Shown here: piece by piece, positions 1-12,674 of the stretch
How the letters are laid out: each line of letters begins with the position of its first letter
How positions within the stretch are numbered: the stretch's first letter is position 1
Position numbers and translations under genes: made by a program
Notes under the pieces: model-generated
What the model was told of the DNA's origin: nothing
Databases searched by the model: none
What the model saw: the letters and a program-made list of their open reading frames with translations, nothing else
Assembly: GCF_000143415.4 (NCBI RefSeq)
Contig: NW_003314364.1
Span: forward strand, 124,001 to 188,000
Source: Selaginella moellendorffii
Taxonomy: Eukaryota > Plantae > Lycopodiophyta
Direction: 5' to 3'
Length of the DNA stretch: 64,000 bases

Positions 1-2898
1 TTGTTAACTACGACCCCGGGGGCATCCCCCACACTTGGCGGTGCGCCCAAGCCAGCCCTTCCGGCCAAGGGTCCATAGCAACTGAGATTGGGTGTCCCCA
101 TCTCACTCACCACGTCCTTGGTGCCACTTGCACCAAAGCGTTCAAGTTAGATATGCTGAGCTTTCACACTAAGCAATCTAACCGTGCATCACGACTCCGA
201 GGCATCCCTCGCTTGGCGGTGTGCCCAAACCAGTCTCCCCACTGACAGTCCATGACCACCGAAATATGAGTGTCCTCATATTCCAAACCATCACCACGCC
301 CTAGTGATTTGGGACTCGAACCCAAGCACTAGAGGGTCGGGACTCGAACCCAACCTCCGTATATGCATATACGGACGGCATCACACAAGATGCCTGGCGT
401 GACTCCCCACGCCGGTGCACCAACTTATATTTAAAGCGCGCTATAGATCACAGCTTAGGAACCTAATTCCTCCCCACTGCCAAGTCCTCTCACTTGACAA
501 GCCTGTGATCATGCATGGACTCCTCCATGCTTGGCCCCATGGCCCACCCTTTTTGAAGTTATCACCTTCAATTAGGGTATTTGTTCCCCTGACTTGCCAA
601 TCTCGCTTTGGCAAGTCCTCTGACCACTGTAACATGGTTCCTGCACAAGCGTGAAAGCCCTTGATCACCGACTTTCGTTCAAAGCCCTCTCTTTGAACAC
701 TCGGGAACTTCTTCCCTAACCTTGATAGCCTTGCCTCATGGCAAGCTTCAAGACCACGCTTCTGCTGCGCCACTCTGATTTCGCGCGTTCCTTGAACCAT
801 TTACGCTTGGCCTTTCTAGGTACTAAGCTACCTAGAATCATCTTTGGGAACCTTGAAGGAACTCTGTCCCTTAGCTTGCTAAAGCCTCCCTTTTTGCAAG
901 CTTTCCAATTACTATATAGTCTAACATGGACAATTCCATGTTTTAGACTCTCCATGGCATCACGGTTGCTAGCGGCAACACCCTCGAGCCCCCACTTCAT
1001 TCTCCACTCCCAGTTGGCATAACCAACCTTGGTTATGCCCTTCGATTCCTATGGTTCGGTTCTATCCCCTTACTTCTTGCTTTTGGCTTCACATCTTTCC
1101 TTCAGTCATTCTCCTCTAGACTAGGAGGATAGCTTTGCACTTTCTATCATGCCTTAGCAAGTATTTTTAAGGATGAACCTACCCAATAGCCCAGGGACTG
1201 GTTCCTCAATCCGGGTATGCTCACCTTATAATCCCACACACTGGGATTACATTGTTGCTTATGGGCCTTTACATGCCCATCACTAGCCTTGCCAAAATTC
1301 CATTTTTTGGCTTTGTCCAACTCGGGTAGACAGTCTTCTTCTGTCTCCGCAACCTTGGACATTTGGATAGCACCTTCTATCCATCATTTGTTAGGGACTT
1401 AGTCCCTTGGGCTTCATCCATTGCCCTCGCGATATCAAACACCACCTTCTGGTGTTCTAGAGTGTTCGGGTGTCTCAATGATGGCTTTCTTGACAATGAG
1501 TATTTCCTTTTATGACATTGACTTACTATATCGCAACATAAGCAACTTATCCCCCGTAAGGGTATATCCAACTTCCCTATGCTATTAAGAAGTCTTAGGT
1601 AGCTATCTTCTACCCGTTTAACCAGTTATTTTGCACCTCTTGCTTAGTTGCGTTATAGTTGTCAAGTCCTACAACTCATTGCTTGGTGCTTCCACACCTC
1701 CATCATTATTTGGGTCACCACACTCCAATTGCATGCTCTGCAGCTTAGGCTATGCCATTCCCATTTCCATTGGGATTCCTTTGGCAAGGGGTTCTCATGA
1801 ACCCACCAACATAGCCTCAAGGTATCACACCTTGGCACATTTGGTGTCTCCACACCATCGGCTCCACGAGCCTACCTCTATGACACTTCCCCTTTGTGTC
1901 TACGTCTTTGCCAAGACCAACACCGCTCTTTCTCATGCTAACCATCCGTTAGCACTGCACCATAGATGTCACACACAACTTTGTGTCAAAGTTGTTTTCT
2001 TCTGGGAACACCTTTCCCATAACTTTGGTATGACACATTTTGCCATCGATGAGATACCCTCTATTCTCATCCTTGGATCCTATGATCCCCCCCCATCCTT
2101 CATGGGGTACAACACACCTCAGTCCAAATGCTTCCATCAGTCCTTTAGGACCATTCCTTGACTCTTCTTGAGTCATCCAGCAGTTTTGGACTTGGTTAAT
2201 CCACAGACCCGTAAGGTCCTACTTGTGAGGCACTAGCTCACTGGAATTCACTTCTTGCATTCATGTCCTACTCACAAGGACTATTTTCACAAGTGTTACT
2301 CTGACACTTGATTTTGTTCTCTGGGGGCAACCTCTGCCCCTTAGGACTACTTGTCCATGTAATGAGAATACCAACTCATCTTTAGGTACACCTCCCAACT
2401 CTTGGGTTGTTCCAGCATTTATTAAAGGTAGCCCCGGCTACCATTTCAAGGACTTGAGTCCTCTTCCGTATTTGACCTCCCACGGTCATTACCTCTGGTC
2501 TCACATTCATGAGCACCAACCTCAACTATATGAGGATAATCTTGTGACTCCTTTATTTTTTTTGGAGTCTACATCTTTCCCGTGATCCCAACTATAGTTG
2601 TTTATCACAACTACGTTAGCCCGTTTGCTGCGTCAAACGTTCATTTGGATCACATCCTCAGCTCTCCTAGGAGACCTTATATTGTTCCCAAGATCCCAAA
2701 GTCGTTCCATTATTGGCCCTTTTCTATCCACCACATTGTGCCCAAGTTCACGCATGAACTTGAGTGGAGAGCCATGTCCTCTCGACATGCTGCTCCTCCA
2801 GGATAGGCCCACTCCTAGGACCTTTCGATGCCAACATCAATGGTGATATACTTGAGCACCAATAAAAGTCGGACTAAGGAACAGCTCCAATACCAAAT
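1..2898 (-). mobile_element. Degenerate internal region of an LTR retrotransposon (LTR family 1); its 3' LTR probably lies just left of the window
   Basis: A PBS-like sequence abuts the LTR at 2899. Bases 1-430 resemble the pre-PPT region of the gypsy element at ~41750-42010. No intact long ORF. Confidence 0.7.
2884..2895 (-). promoter_or_regulatory. Primer binding site (tRNA-iMet type, degenerate)
   Basis: Reverse complement TGGTATTGGAGC lies 3 nt inside the LTR end; canonical PBS is TGGTATCAGAGC. Confidence 0.7.
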
Positions 2899-3895
2899 TG
2901 TGAGCGACTAATTTTTCCATTTTACTTTAGTCACTTAACCACACCTCCGACCACTTGGAGGAGTCTCATTCACAACCTCCACAAGTCCCAGTTAGGACTT
3001 GGGGCTTGCTAGCCCCGAGAATGGCATCCATACCACTCAACCTTTGCACTTGGTCTAAGTGCTCCACGTGTCCGATCCCATGATCGACACCCGAAGGTAT
3101 CACCGACATATCGGCCCGTTACGCTGAGGCCATACCTATTCACCTTGGTCACGCTGGTGGTCCAACACCACCTACATTGCAATCCTGTCTCTCATAGACT
3201 AGGCCATCCATCCATGAGGGATCATCCCAGATCCACTCCTTAGCATCCTTAGGATGCTCGCAGACTTAGGGAATAACCTTCCCCAATATCTCTTTTCCGG
3301 TCCCCACCAAGTCCCTCTTTGTCGATGGCCATGTTCACCAACACTGCCACTGGATCAAGGCCTGCAGGCCCGACCTCTAAGTCCAACTGTCCTCTGGGAC
3401 TTCCTCACTGGGTGACCGTGTCCTTTGTCACCACACCAGAGGGCTACTCCTCTTCCTTTCCACAACCTGGGACTTTGGGACCACATTTCGGAACACCGTG
3501 GCCTTACGCGAGCCACCTGGGTACTCTCCCCACCTTTTGCCTTTAGGTGCTCTAGCCATGGGCTTAGAGCGAGGTTCCATTGAGCCACGCCTGGTATCCA
3601 AGTAGGTAGTGCCACCCACACTTGGACTAGGAGCATCGGCCAGTCGATCTCCCAGGGGAACTAGAGCCGGCTCTTGAACACTTCACCAAGCTACCCCGCT
3701 TGTCGGTTCGTATTCACTCTAGTCTTGGACTTCCCAGTGGGCAGCTCATCACCCAACACTGGGTCTGGCCTTCCTGGGCCAAACTGGCCTTTCCTGGCCA
3801 AACTGGCTCCACTGCAGACCTCCCCCTACTATACTTTTGGAGCTCACCAAACCCCCCAGGGTCTGGGAGACGAACGCTTTGGGCTTTCACCCTCT

Positions 3896-4405
3896 CAGAC
3901 TCGAACTCGGACTCGAACTCGGACTCGGACTCGGACTCGGCCTCTGCCTCGGCCTCGGTCTCGGTCTCGGTCCCGATCTCGATCTCGGTCTCGGTCTCAG
4001 TCCCGATCTCGGTCTCGGTCTCGACTTCGGACTCCATCTCGGGTCCATCTCGGAGTCCATCTCGGGTCCCATCTCGGACTCCATCTCGGACTCCATCTCG
4101 GGTCCATCTCGGACTCCATCTCGGACTCCATCTCGGGTCCATCTCGGACTCCATCTCGGACTCCATCTCGGGTCCATCTCGGACTCCATCTCGGGTCCCA
4201 TCTCGGACTCCATCTCGGACTCCATCTCGAGTCCATCTCGGACTCCATCTCGGGTCCCATCTCGGACTCCATCTCGGACTCCATCTCAGGTCCATCTCGG
4301 ACTCCATCTCGGGTCCATCTCGGACTCCATCTCAAACTCCATCTCGGGTCCATCTCGGACTCCATCTCGGACTCCACTTCGGACTCCAACTCGAGTCCAT
4401 CTCGG
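3896..4405. repeat. Intra-LTR tandem array of 6-bp and 12-bp units (GACTCG / CTCGGACTCCAT)
   Basis: Directly visible periodicity; the same array recurs at ~15040-15520 and ~34180-34675. Confidence 0.95.
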
Positions 4406-4570
4406 ACCCTTCATCGTGTCTTGTGTTGGCCCTTTTTGGAGCCTCGCTTATTGCTCGCTTCGTGCTCGTTCCTCGAGCACTTTGTTGGGAGTTCCACTCC
4501 TGCTCTTGACTTTTCAAATCGGAGCTTTTGGTCCAAACGTGTTACCACTCCTTTGGCTCTCGCTTCGGCC

Positions 4571-4681
4571 NNNNNNNNNNNNNNNNNNNNNNNNNNNNNN
4601 NNNNNNNNNNNNNNNNNNNNNNNNNNNNNNNNNNNNNNNNNNNNNNNNNNNNNNNNNNNNNNNNNNNNNNNNNNNNNNNNN
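4571..4681. other. Assembly gap with duplicated (overlapping) flanks
   Basis: Run of N; ~4416-4570 is repeated at ~4683-4836. Confidence 0.9.
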
Positions 4682-4895
4682 ACGTGTCATGTGTTGGCCC
4701 TTTTTGGAGCCTCGCTTATTGCTCGCTTCGTGCTCGTTCCTCGAGCACTTTGTTGGGAGTTCCACTCCTGCTCTTGACTTTTCAAATCGGAGCTTTTGGT
4801 CCAAACGTGTTACACTCCTTTGGCTCTCGCTTCGGCCACTACCACGTGGCGCCCTTCCGGCTCCACTTTGGGGCCTAGGGATTTTGTGTCTCACA

Positions 4896-5357
4896 CTCGA
4901 TGGGCGATATGGCGAGCGACGGGAGTCCAAGCCCTTTGGGAAGCACGCAACCGGGCACATTTCGAAGGGACACAGGTCGGAGTATCACAGGTACTGGCAG
5001 AGTGGTGGAGACTTACACTGGCGGCAATACGGCTTCACCATGCTATCCTCCGGGACAGGGGGAAGCTCGAGAGGCTCGAGGAGTGGCAAAAAGCATGGCT
5101 GCCATGTTTTGGTAGAGGAGATCACAAGGAGGTTCGTTGGAGATGGCGCCCCCCGGAGTCGATCTTGCGGTCAGCACGAAGGGGGGATATGGATCTGGAC
5201 GTGATACGACGGAGACGACCGCAGCCGCTTCTACTGCAGGCCTAGTCTCACTTTAGATGAGGGAGATCACCACTAGGTAGCATGAGCTTTGGGCAGCATG
5301 CCCAGTTTTTGTATTAGTCCCTACGGGACATTGGGGAATGTACATACACGTTTCATC
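4896..5357 (+). mobile_element. LINE 3' fragment (copy A), cut by the LTR element insertion
   Basis: Near-identical to ~29574-30034 (ORF2 C-terminus ...LLLQA* plus 3' UTR). Confidence 0.9.
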
Positions 5358-6471
5358 AAGGTGACCAAGTGGGAAAAGCACCTTAGGGAAATAAGCTATG
5401 TCATTGCAATGGCATAGTGTGTCCAAGGAAAGTAGTCTCTAAAGAGACCCATGAAAGGGTCACAAAGTTGGGCTGAGGATAGAGCCCACAGCAGAAGATG
5501 CTAAAGAGACTTACTAGGGGTGAACACCCTAGTATTGGCAAAGCAGAGCCTTTGCTATGGAATCAAAAGAATACCTCAAGGAGGGAGGTAGAGATTTGGT
5601 GTTGCTTGGTGCAACAATCAACGGATAGGACCAAAAGATGAGTGGCCAAGATAGGGCCGTGGAATTCCTTGGAAGGAATCCAAGTGACAAAGTTAGGCGA
5701 GGAACACTAATGTGTTGGACGCTAACAAATTGTGGGAAAGGAAGTGTGTTTCCAAGGATGGATTCCGAATTGCTCCGATTTGGCGAAAGTGGAAGCTCCA
5801 AGGGAGGGAGCGGTAAGGTAGCCAAATGATAGGGCGATGGACAACCCTAGCACAAAGTGTGATAAATGGAACTTAATGCCCAAGGTGGCACGAAATAGAA
5901 GAGAGGATGATGGTGCCCTCAAGTAATGAACTTCCTAGGATAGGGAAGTGGAGTTGCACAATCTGTGCAATGCAAGGTGTTGGAGACACCTAGGAAATTG
6001 ACTTCCAAAAGTCAAAAGAGTAAAAGTTCCAAGGTGCAAACATTCAATACATGGAAATTGAGACTACTCGAGAAGGAGCAGTGGGATTGACTTAGAGAAG
6101 GGTTTCTAAGAGGTTTAGCGAGAACTAAACCAATAAAAGGAGAGAACCACTACATGTGGTCCAAACAGCCTCTAAGTTGGAGAGACTACCCTCCTTAGAG
6201 GATGGGCAACGCATGGTGAGCCTTTGGTGTCAAACCATTGACGAATATGCAGAAGGCATGGTGAGCCTTCAATGTCAGACCATTGACAAATATTGGCTAG
6301 GTGCCAAGGATGGAAATGGTAACACATGAGGGTGTTACTTTATAAAATGGTTTACCGTTTGATGAGGACATCGAACTTCGTCTATGGGTGGTGGAGTTGT
6401 GAGACACAAAATCCCTAGGCCCCAAAGTGAAGCCGGAAGGGTGCCACCTGGTAGTGGCCGAAGCGAAAGCC
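5358..6471 (+). mobile_element. Degenerate LTR-retrotransposon internal remnant with PPT (6384-6397) and the first 74 bp of a family-1 3' LTR (6398-6471)
   Basis: ATGGGTGGTGGAGT is followed by TGTGAGACACAAAATCCCTAGG, matching the LTR start at 14809. Confidence 0.75.
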
Positions 6472-7598
6472 AGACCTGCTGGAGGGCGATGGATCACTGA
6501 TATGGTGGCGACAGCAGCTACTAGAAGATCTAGACTGGGACCCTGCTGCATGGCGACGAGGGACAGGAAGCTTTTTCTCCTATGCAGTCAAGGAAGCGCG
6601 GAATGGACTGCTGACATCACGAGAGGAGGCGAGAGAGGAGATTCCAAAGCTGTGGCAGAAATGGATAGCACAGGGGGTCGGCGCGGAGCAAGTGGTGGAC
6701 AACACGATTCACTTCTGGAAGTTGCCCGTGCAGGAAAAAGTGAAAGTCACCTCGTGGTTGGTAGCGAACAATGGACTTCCGGTTGGACAGCGATTCCAGG
6801 ACGACGCGAGTCGCAGGTGCAGGGAGTGTGACAAAATCGAGACAGTCAAGCATGCACTGTGGGAGTGTGACCACTGCAAAGGAGGTGTGGCGCCAGATTA
6901 TCAACGGCAGGGAAGGAGTTGGGCGTGACACAGGATTTCGAGGCCCGCAGTGGTGGATGTGCTTCACTGGTTTGAGGAAGCGAGGGGCCCAGCCCAGGGC
7001 CCAGCCCTACGACACATCAAGTGCAGAGGACGACACGGCTTGGGGATTCAGGTCCGGTGGGACACGACCGGGGCAGAGGTAGGAGTCCCAGTGTGGGAGG
7101 CGCTTGGACATGCTCGATGGGGGATATGGTGTGCGACGGGAGTCCAGGCCCTTTGGGAAGCACGTAACCGGGCGCACTTCAAAGGGACACAGGTCAGAGT
7201 ATCACAGGTACTGGCAGAGTGGTGGAGACTTACACTGGTGGCAATACGGCTTCACCATGCTACCCTCTGGGACAGGGGGAAGCTCGAGAGGCTTGAGGAG
7301 TGGCAGAAAGCATGGCTGCCATGTTTTGGTAGAGGAGATCACAAGGATGTTCGTTGGAGATGGTGCCCCCCGGAGTCGATCTTGTGGTCAGCACGAAGGG
7401 GGGACGTGGATCTGGATGTGATATGACAGAGACGACTGCAGCTGCTTCTACTGTAGGCCTAGTCTCACTTTAGATGAGGGAGATCACCACTAGGTAGCAT
7501 GAGCTTCGGGCAGCATGCCCAGTTTTTGTATTAGTCCCTACGGGACATTGGGGAATGTACATACACGTTTCATCGACCCAGGGACCTAATAAAAAAAA
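6472..7598 (+). mobile_element. 5'-truncated LINE (copy B) ending in AATAAA/A-tract, head-to-tail with copy C
   Basis: Matches ~28935-30036, including the zinc-finger region CRECDKIETVKHALWEC; ends CTAATAAAAAAAA. Confidence 0.88.
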
Positions 7599-7805
7599 TG
7601 ATTGGCTTGTTAGGGCGTGGAGGAGCACAGCTTCTAGCACCATGGCTTCCGTGATCGGAGGCGCGGCCAGAGGAGGGAGAGCGCAAAGTGGAGAGCGCCC
7701 AATCTCCCCACACTTGCTACCGACAGCGGGGGCATCTGCTGTGAGATTCAGGTAAGAATCACTCCAGAATCTCTCTGTTTTTTCTTTTACACTGCTGTGT
7801 CCAGG

Positions 7806-10800
7806 ATGGAACGTCATCCAGCACCCAGCAACAGTGGAGGACGAGCCAAGCCTCAGCCATTCACACTTGGAAAGGGCACTCGAGGCCGCGGCCTCAGTAT
7901 TTGACTGCCCCAGGGAGGGATGCTGAAGGGAAGAGCTGCCAACAGCAAAACCCCAATCACTGGCAAGAGGACATCGCTGGGCTCTCTAGGGGACAGTGAG
8001 AAGCTAGGTCCAAGTGGCACGGCAGGAAGCAGTGAGCACACAATCAGTGATCAAACAGGCTCGAGGCAGAAATCACACCACACGGACAGTGACTACCTTG
8101 CAGAGTGCGCAGCCATAGATCTTCATGAAGAAGTCGTGCAGGATACCAGGGAGATGATGATCAGGGCTCAGCACACTCATCAGCTTCTCAAAGAACTGGC
8201 AAACACACCAAAGAATACGCTGGAAAAGCTAGTCTCACTGGAACAGGACGGTGGTGCACACAGAAGTAGCTTGGCAACCAAGGAGGAGCCACCAGCACCA
8301 GATACAGTCCTTGAGCCCAGTTCAGGATGTCTTGGGAACCAACAGGAAGAAGATGAAGCAATGGACGAGGTGATCCTGCCTGGAAACACAGGGGTGGCGA
8401 TGCACAAGTCACTAGAAGAGGAGCTGCGCAGGAGCAGTGACGGCGCAGGAGAGCAGAAGCCTTCAAGGGCACAAGGACCTGGGCCAAGGATGTCTCAACC
8501 AGCCTCACCACCCACGCAGCATGGTTCCCCAGTACAACAAAGCTGTGCGCTGAACAGAGAAGTACAGGAAGTAAGTGGATTCCTAGGCTCGGGGGATCTA
8601 GCCAGTGGAAATGGACCACGGGAAGAGGTGGCCACAAGCAGAGCTCTAGACTTGAACTTCCTCACCCCCATCACTGAGTGCATGGGACGCAGAGTGGCTC
8701 TCAACGTGGGGAAGACTGCCTCTGGAAAAACCAAAGGTAGGACATGCCCTAATCCAAGTAAGAACAGGAGCGGCGTCACCACTAGGGCAGCGGCAGCAGC
8801 GATGAGGGCAGCCACGGTTGTGGAGATACCAATAGGTTGTCATGCACAAGAGTCAAGAGTGGATCCAGAAGAAGAGAAGGGCTTGGAGACGCCAAATGAC
8901 CAAACGAGAGGGCACAAGGAAACGCTAGAGGCACACAGGACCGAGGCAAAGGAGCCGGTCCAGGGGGAAGAGGTGAGCCACTGCCTCACCAAGGCGTCAA
9001 GTGAAAGCCAGGGCCAGTCCAAGAGAGGGCCACTCAGCCAGAAGTTTTCCCACAGGTGCCTCTCGGATCTGACCAACAAAGTGAAAACATCTCTACCGGG
9101 CTCTCCGGTGAAGTCGGTAGGATCTCGACTTAAGAGCAGGACGTCTCCCAGTCATCAGCCTGACCGTGAGCCCCAGCTATCGGTGTTGCAACAATGTATG
9201 CCACACCAGACAGAAGAAGGACTGCTGCAATGGGATCCCCGAACCTTTGCGAAGGCTTTGCGGGAGGCCACTCAGAACGAAGTTTACCTCCACCAAGACA
9301 TACTCACCGCTGAAGTATGGCACCAGGAGACTCACCCCAAGGGAGAAGACCGAAATCTTGGCCCCGCTCTCAGGGAAGCCCTCGATCTCGCGACTGAGGC
9401 ACTAGTCACACCAAAAGAACAAGAGTACACAAACAGCCAGGAGGCCCAACAAACTAAAGTGCAAGAGGAAGTTACAAGCACGTGGAAGGAACAAGAGGAG
9501 CAGGAAGTGGAACAACAAAGAGACCAAGACAAGGAGATCCCGGAAGCTAGCAAAAAGGTGGAGATGCAAAAGGAGGAATCGATTCTGGGGAAAAGAGCGA
9601 AGCCTCTGGCGCTACTGCTGGAAGAACAGGAGGAGGAGATGAAGCGAATGGGACAGGAGAGGGAAAGAGAGGCCAAAAAGAACAGGATGGAGAAAAAGAA
9701 AGAACGCAAGGTGGCGCGTAGGAAGTTAAAGACCCAAAGTAGTTCAAAGGAGGCCCTCGCGTGGGAAAAAGAGGTGGAGGAGTTCCTCCACGAGGAGGAA
9801 ACGTGTTCTGAGGAGGACCAAGAGCAGCAGAAGGGTAGCACAGCAAAAGAAAAAGCACAGGGAGCCTCGGCAGGACGTGGGTGGGAAAAGGTGGAGGACA
9901 AGTGTCGGACCACACCACACCAAGGCCCGGAGGACCCAGGGGAGCAAGGTGACTTGGGAGTTGAGCAAGAACAAGAAGGCTGCCCCGCACAAGGAAAGGT
10001 GGTAAAGGAAATCCCGCACACAAAAGCCCCTAAGACGAAGCCTCACGCCGGAGAGTCAGGGAAACGTGCTGGAACAGCGCTAGATGCCAAGGGGATGGCA
10101 AAGGCAGTCAAGCTGGGCGAGGCTCTCAGCCAGGTGGTGGCGGCTAGGGAAGAAGAACTATGACATAGAGCAGTGATTGCAGTATTCAGGGGGAAGTTTC
10201 CCACTGGCCGCATGGCCATGGACTGGCTGAATGCTACGTTGGAGCAGGGGATTACAATCAAGAACTTGCTCCCACATGGTCGTGGATGCTACACAGTGGT
10301 GTTTGAGATAGAGGAGGCGCAGGCTCGAGCAGAGGAGCTGCATGGACTCATCGATGATATCTGGGCGGTGTCCTTCCAAGGTTCACGGCAGATGACCAGG
10401 CACGGCTGAAGGGGGGAAGTGTCCCACTTAACGTGGCACTGTGGGACATCCCAATGGAGATGAGGATTAAAGAGGTGATATGAAAGCTCGTCGAGGGAAG
10501 CATCGGGCAGATCGCCTCGGGACTAGACACCATGGATGCGGAGGGCATTTTGGGCCCTGTGAGACTTAAGGTCTTTGTCTCATCCCCAGCAGAACTCCCT
10601 ACGGAGATAGCAGTCCTGGGACAGTACGTTCGTATACAGGTGGAAAACGCAGCACCACGCTGTGGTTTGTGCCTACAGTCTGGGCACAGCGAGAATGCGT
10701 GCATGACCAAACGACCCAAGCTTGCTCCAGGACATCCCTTTGAACTCCCAGAGGCCATGGAGAAGCAATTGAAGCAGCGTCCTCCAGAGCAGGCTCCACA

Positions 10801-11209
10801 CATCCGGTTTCCAAGTGCACCACCTTTCTCGGGACCTGATTCACGGCCCAGAATGTTCGAGAGCCCGATTGCTGAAAAGGATGGAGAAGGCTTTCAGCAG
10901 GTTCTTCCTCGGACTGTGAACATGGCAATCAGATGGATCCCACCCAAGAGAGAATTAACAACCACAGAGGCGGGAGACTGGCTGATGTACCGAGGGCACA
11001 CGGCCTTCCCAGAGGTCATCACGCTCGGCGATTACCAGACCCGAATGGAACATGCCATCACCGAGTGGACGGGATTTTCAGAATATGCAGTGCGGGGCTT
11101 CTCCTGGACTAAGTACAGGGGGAGGCTCACTGCAGTATGGACCATCTCCTCGGAATGGAGGGCGAGGCCTAACAGCACGGTTTTCTCTTGGAAATACATT
11201 GCTCCATGA
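7806..11209 (+). pseudogene. LINE ORF1 (long low-complexity and coiled-coil N-terminus, CX2CX4HX4C knuckle), disrupted
   Basis: ORF pieces 7920-10163, 10173-10409 and 10532-11209; motif CGLCLQSGHSENAC; the stop overlaps the ORF2 start (ATGA, 11206-11209). Confidence 0.8.
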
Positions 11210-11316
11210 CTACGCTCACAGTGCTCACGTGGAACTGTCGGGGACTCAGCTCTGAGGACAGTAGACTCAACAAGAGAGTACAGCTCAAGTCCCACATCCG
11301 GGAGATTGGCTTAGAG
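11206..11316 (+). pseudogene. LINE ORF2 N-terminus (start of APE endonuclease)
   Basis: MTTLTVLTWNCRGL...IGLE; continues in frame at 26247 as GRIDILCIQEHK once the transposon and one AGAG are removed. Confidence 0.9.
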
Positions 11317-11340
11317 ATGCTCTATTTCGTTAAAGTGGGA
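11317..11340 (+). repeat. Left TIR ATGCTCTATTTCGTTAAAGTGGGA
   Basis: Inverted match (1 mismatch, position 2) to 26219-26242; the same end occurs at 52058-52081. Confidence 0.93.
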
Positions 11341-11976
11341 TTTATTCAGTAAAATGGGACTAGGTACAAATTTTCAAGTATTTGAAAATGACGTGAAATT
11401 ATATGTTTTTTGTCCAGGGGCTAGACATATCTGGGGCATGGTGACTAGCGCGGTGACTTTATGTCCAGACTGAGTCCATCTGGTTGTATAATAAATCTCA
11501 TTGTCAAGGTGAACAAGCCGAATCTGAAGCTAAAGAAGAGCGATGGCATGCACGCACACACTATTTGTTTGTTCATTGAGCATGTGGTGAGCTTTCCAAG
11601 ATGAACGTCATTCCTATTAGCCAGACATATAACTTAATGGTGAGAACATTTAGATATTATTCAATGTTATCTTTTTCTAACGAATCTAATTGTGAAGGTG
11701 TAGCAAGAGGCATTGCTAGTCTGGAGAAGTCATTTAACTCATTTGACCCTTAGTGTATTTTCATGAAACTAAATAACATTCATATTATTAAGGAATTTCT
11801 CTAGTACCTTTTTTTTACGACATAGAGGCTTGCATTTCTTTCAAAGGTGATTTAGTAAAAGGCCTAAGGGCACATGCCATTCTATTTCTCAGACCGGTAT
11901 TAAGATATACTAGTGCAAAGGGAAAAAGGTATTTGGTGATCAAGTAAATGGCATGAGGGCACACGCCATTATAAGG

Positions 11977-12336
11977 CTAAGCGCTAGTGGACACCTCCTT
12001 TTTGGTACTCTCAGCGGTACTATCATCCTTCTCCGGGTCAGTTGTTTTGCTTTGGATTGTTGTCTCTGACGTTACTGGGGCGTTCTCGATAGTTGTTAAT
12101 GTTGCCGTTTGTCCAGAAAAATGATCACCTGGAGTATAGTACGGGGAGTTTGGAAGATTTATATATTCTACATCTTCACCTATCTCCTTCTCCGTCTCCT
12201 TTTCTGCCTCACTTACAGATTTTGTGTTTGCCATGAGAACGCTCTTCACCCTAAAATATGGAGTTCGTTGTGTTATAAAAGGAAACCAACACACACGCTT
12301 CAAGGGAATGATGGTACATAAAGCACGTAAGCCCAC
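11977..12336 (-). other. Small acidic, Thr-rich ORF or exon downstream of the transposase, function unknown
   Basis: Open in both copies (51062-51421); no recognisable domain or clear ATG. Confidence 0.25.
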
Positions 12337-12674
12337 AATATGGGTTTATGTGCCATTAATATGGGCCACACGCCATATTATTAGATTTATGCACGTGTGA
12401 TTGGTAAATGCATATGTCACATCATCTTTGTTTTACCTCACACACTATATCAGGCCTAATGAACCATATCACATGTGCGCACATGCTATATATATGGAGA
12501 AGTATTATGCAAGGATAGAAATTCAATGCATGATTGTGGAGAGCAATGGCATGAAGCCACATGCTAAATAACATTTTAGAGAAAGATCTTGTTATTTGTT
12601 ATTTGTATTATCTCACTTAGGAATGGCGTAAGGCCACATGCCATCACGCCTCCTCTGATTCAGATTCGGATTGT

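Larger units (their letters stand above)
2899..4895 (-). mobile_element. 5' LTR, family 1 (inflated by an assembly gap)
   Basis: TG...CA ends; colinear with solo LTRs at 14809-16523 and 33168-34883; followed by a PBS. Confidence 0.9.

Noticed and set aside
4416-4836. Tandem duplication within the LTR
   Set aside because: It flanks an N gap and is absent from the other LTR copies, so it is probably an unmerged contig overlap.
3674-5204. Long ORFs with SISD/RTPS/LGLH repeats (also 14764-15801 and 33943-34866)
   Set aside because: Artefacts of stop-free 6-bp and 12-bp tandem arrays inside LTRs; they are open in several frames on both strands.
11311-11316. 6-bp TSD TTAGAG for copy 1
   Set aside because: The terminal TT is present at the same end in all three copies, and copy 2 supports only a 4-bp TSD.
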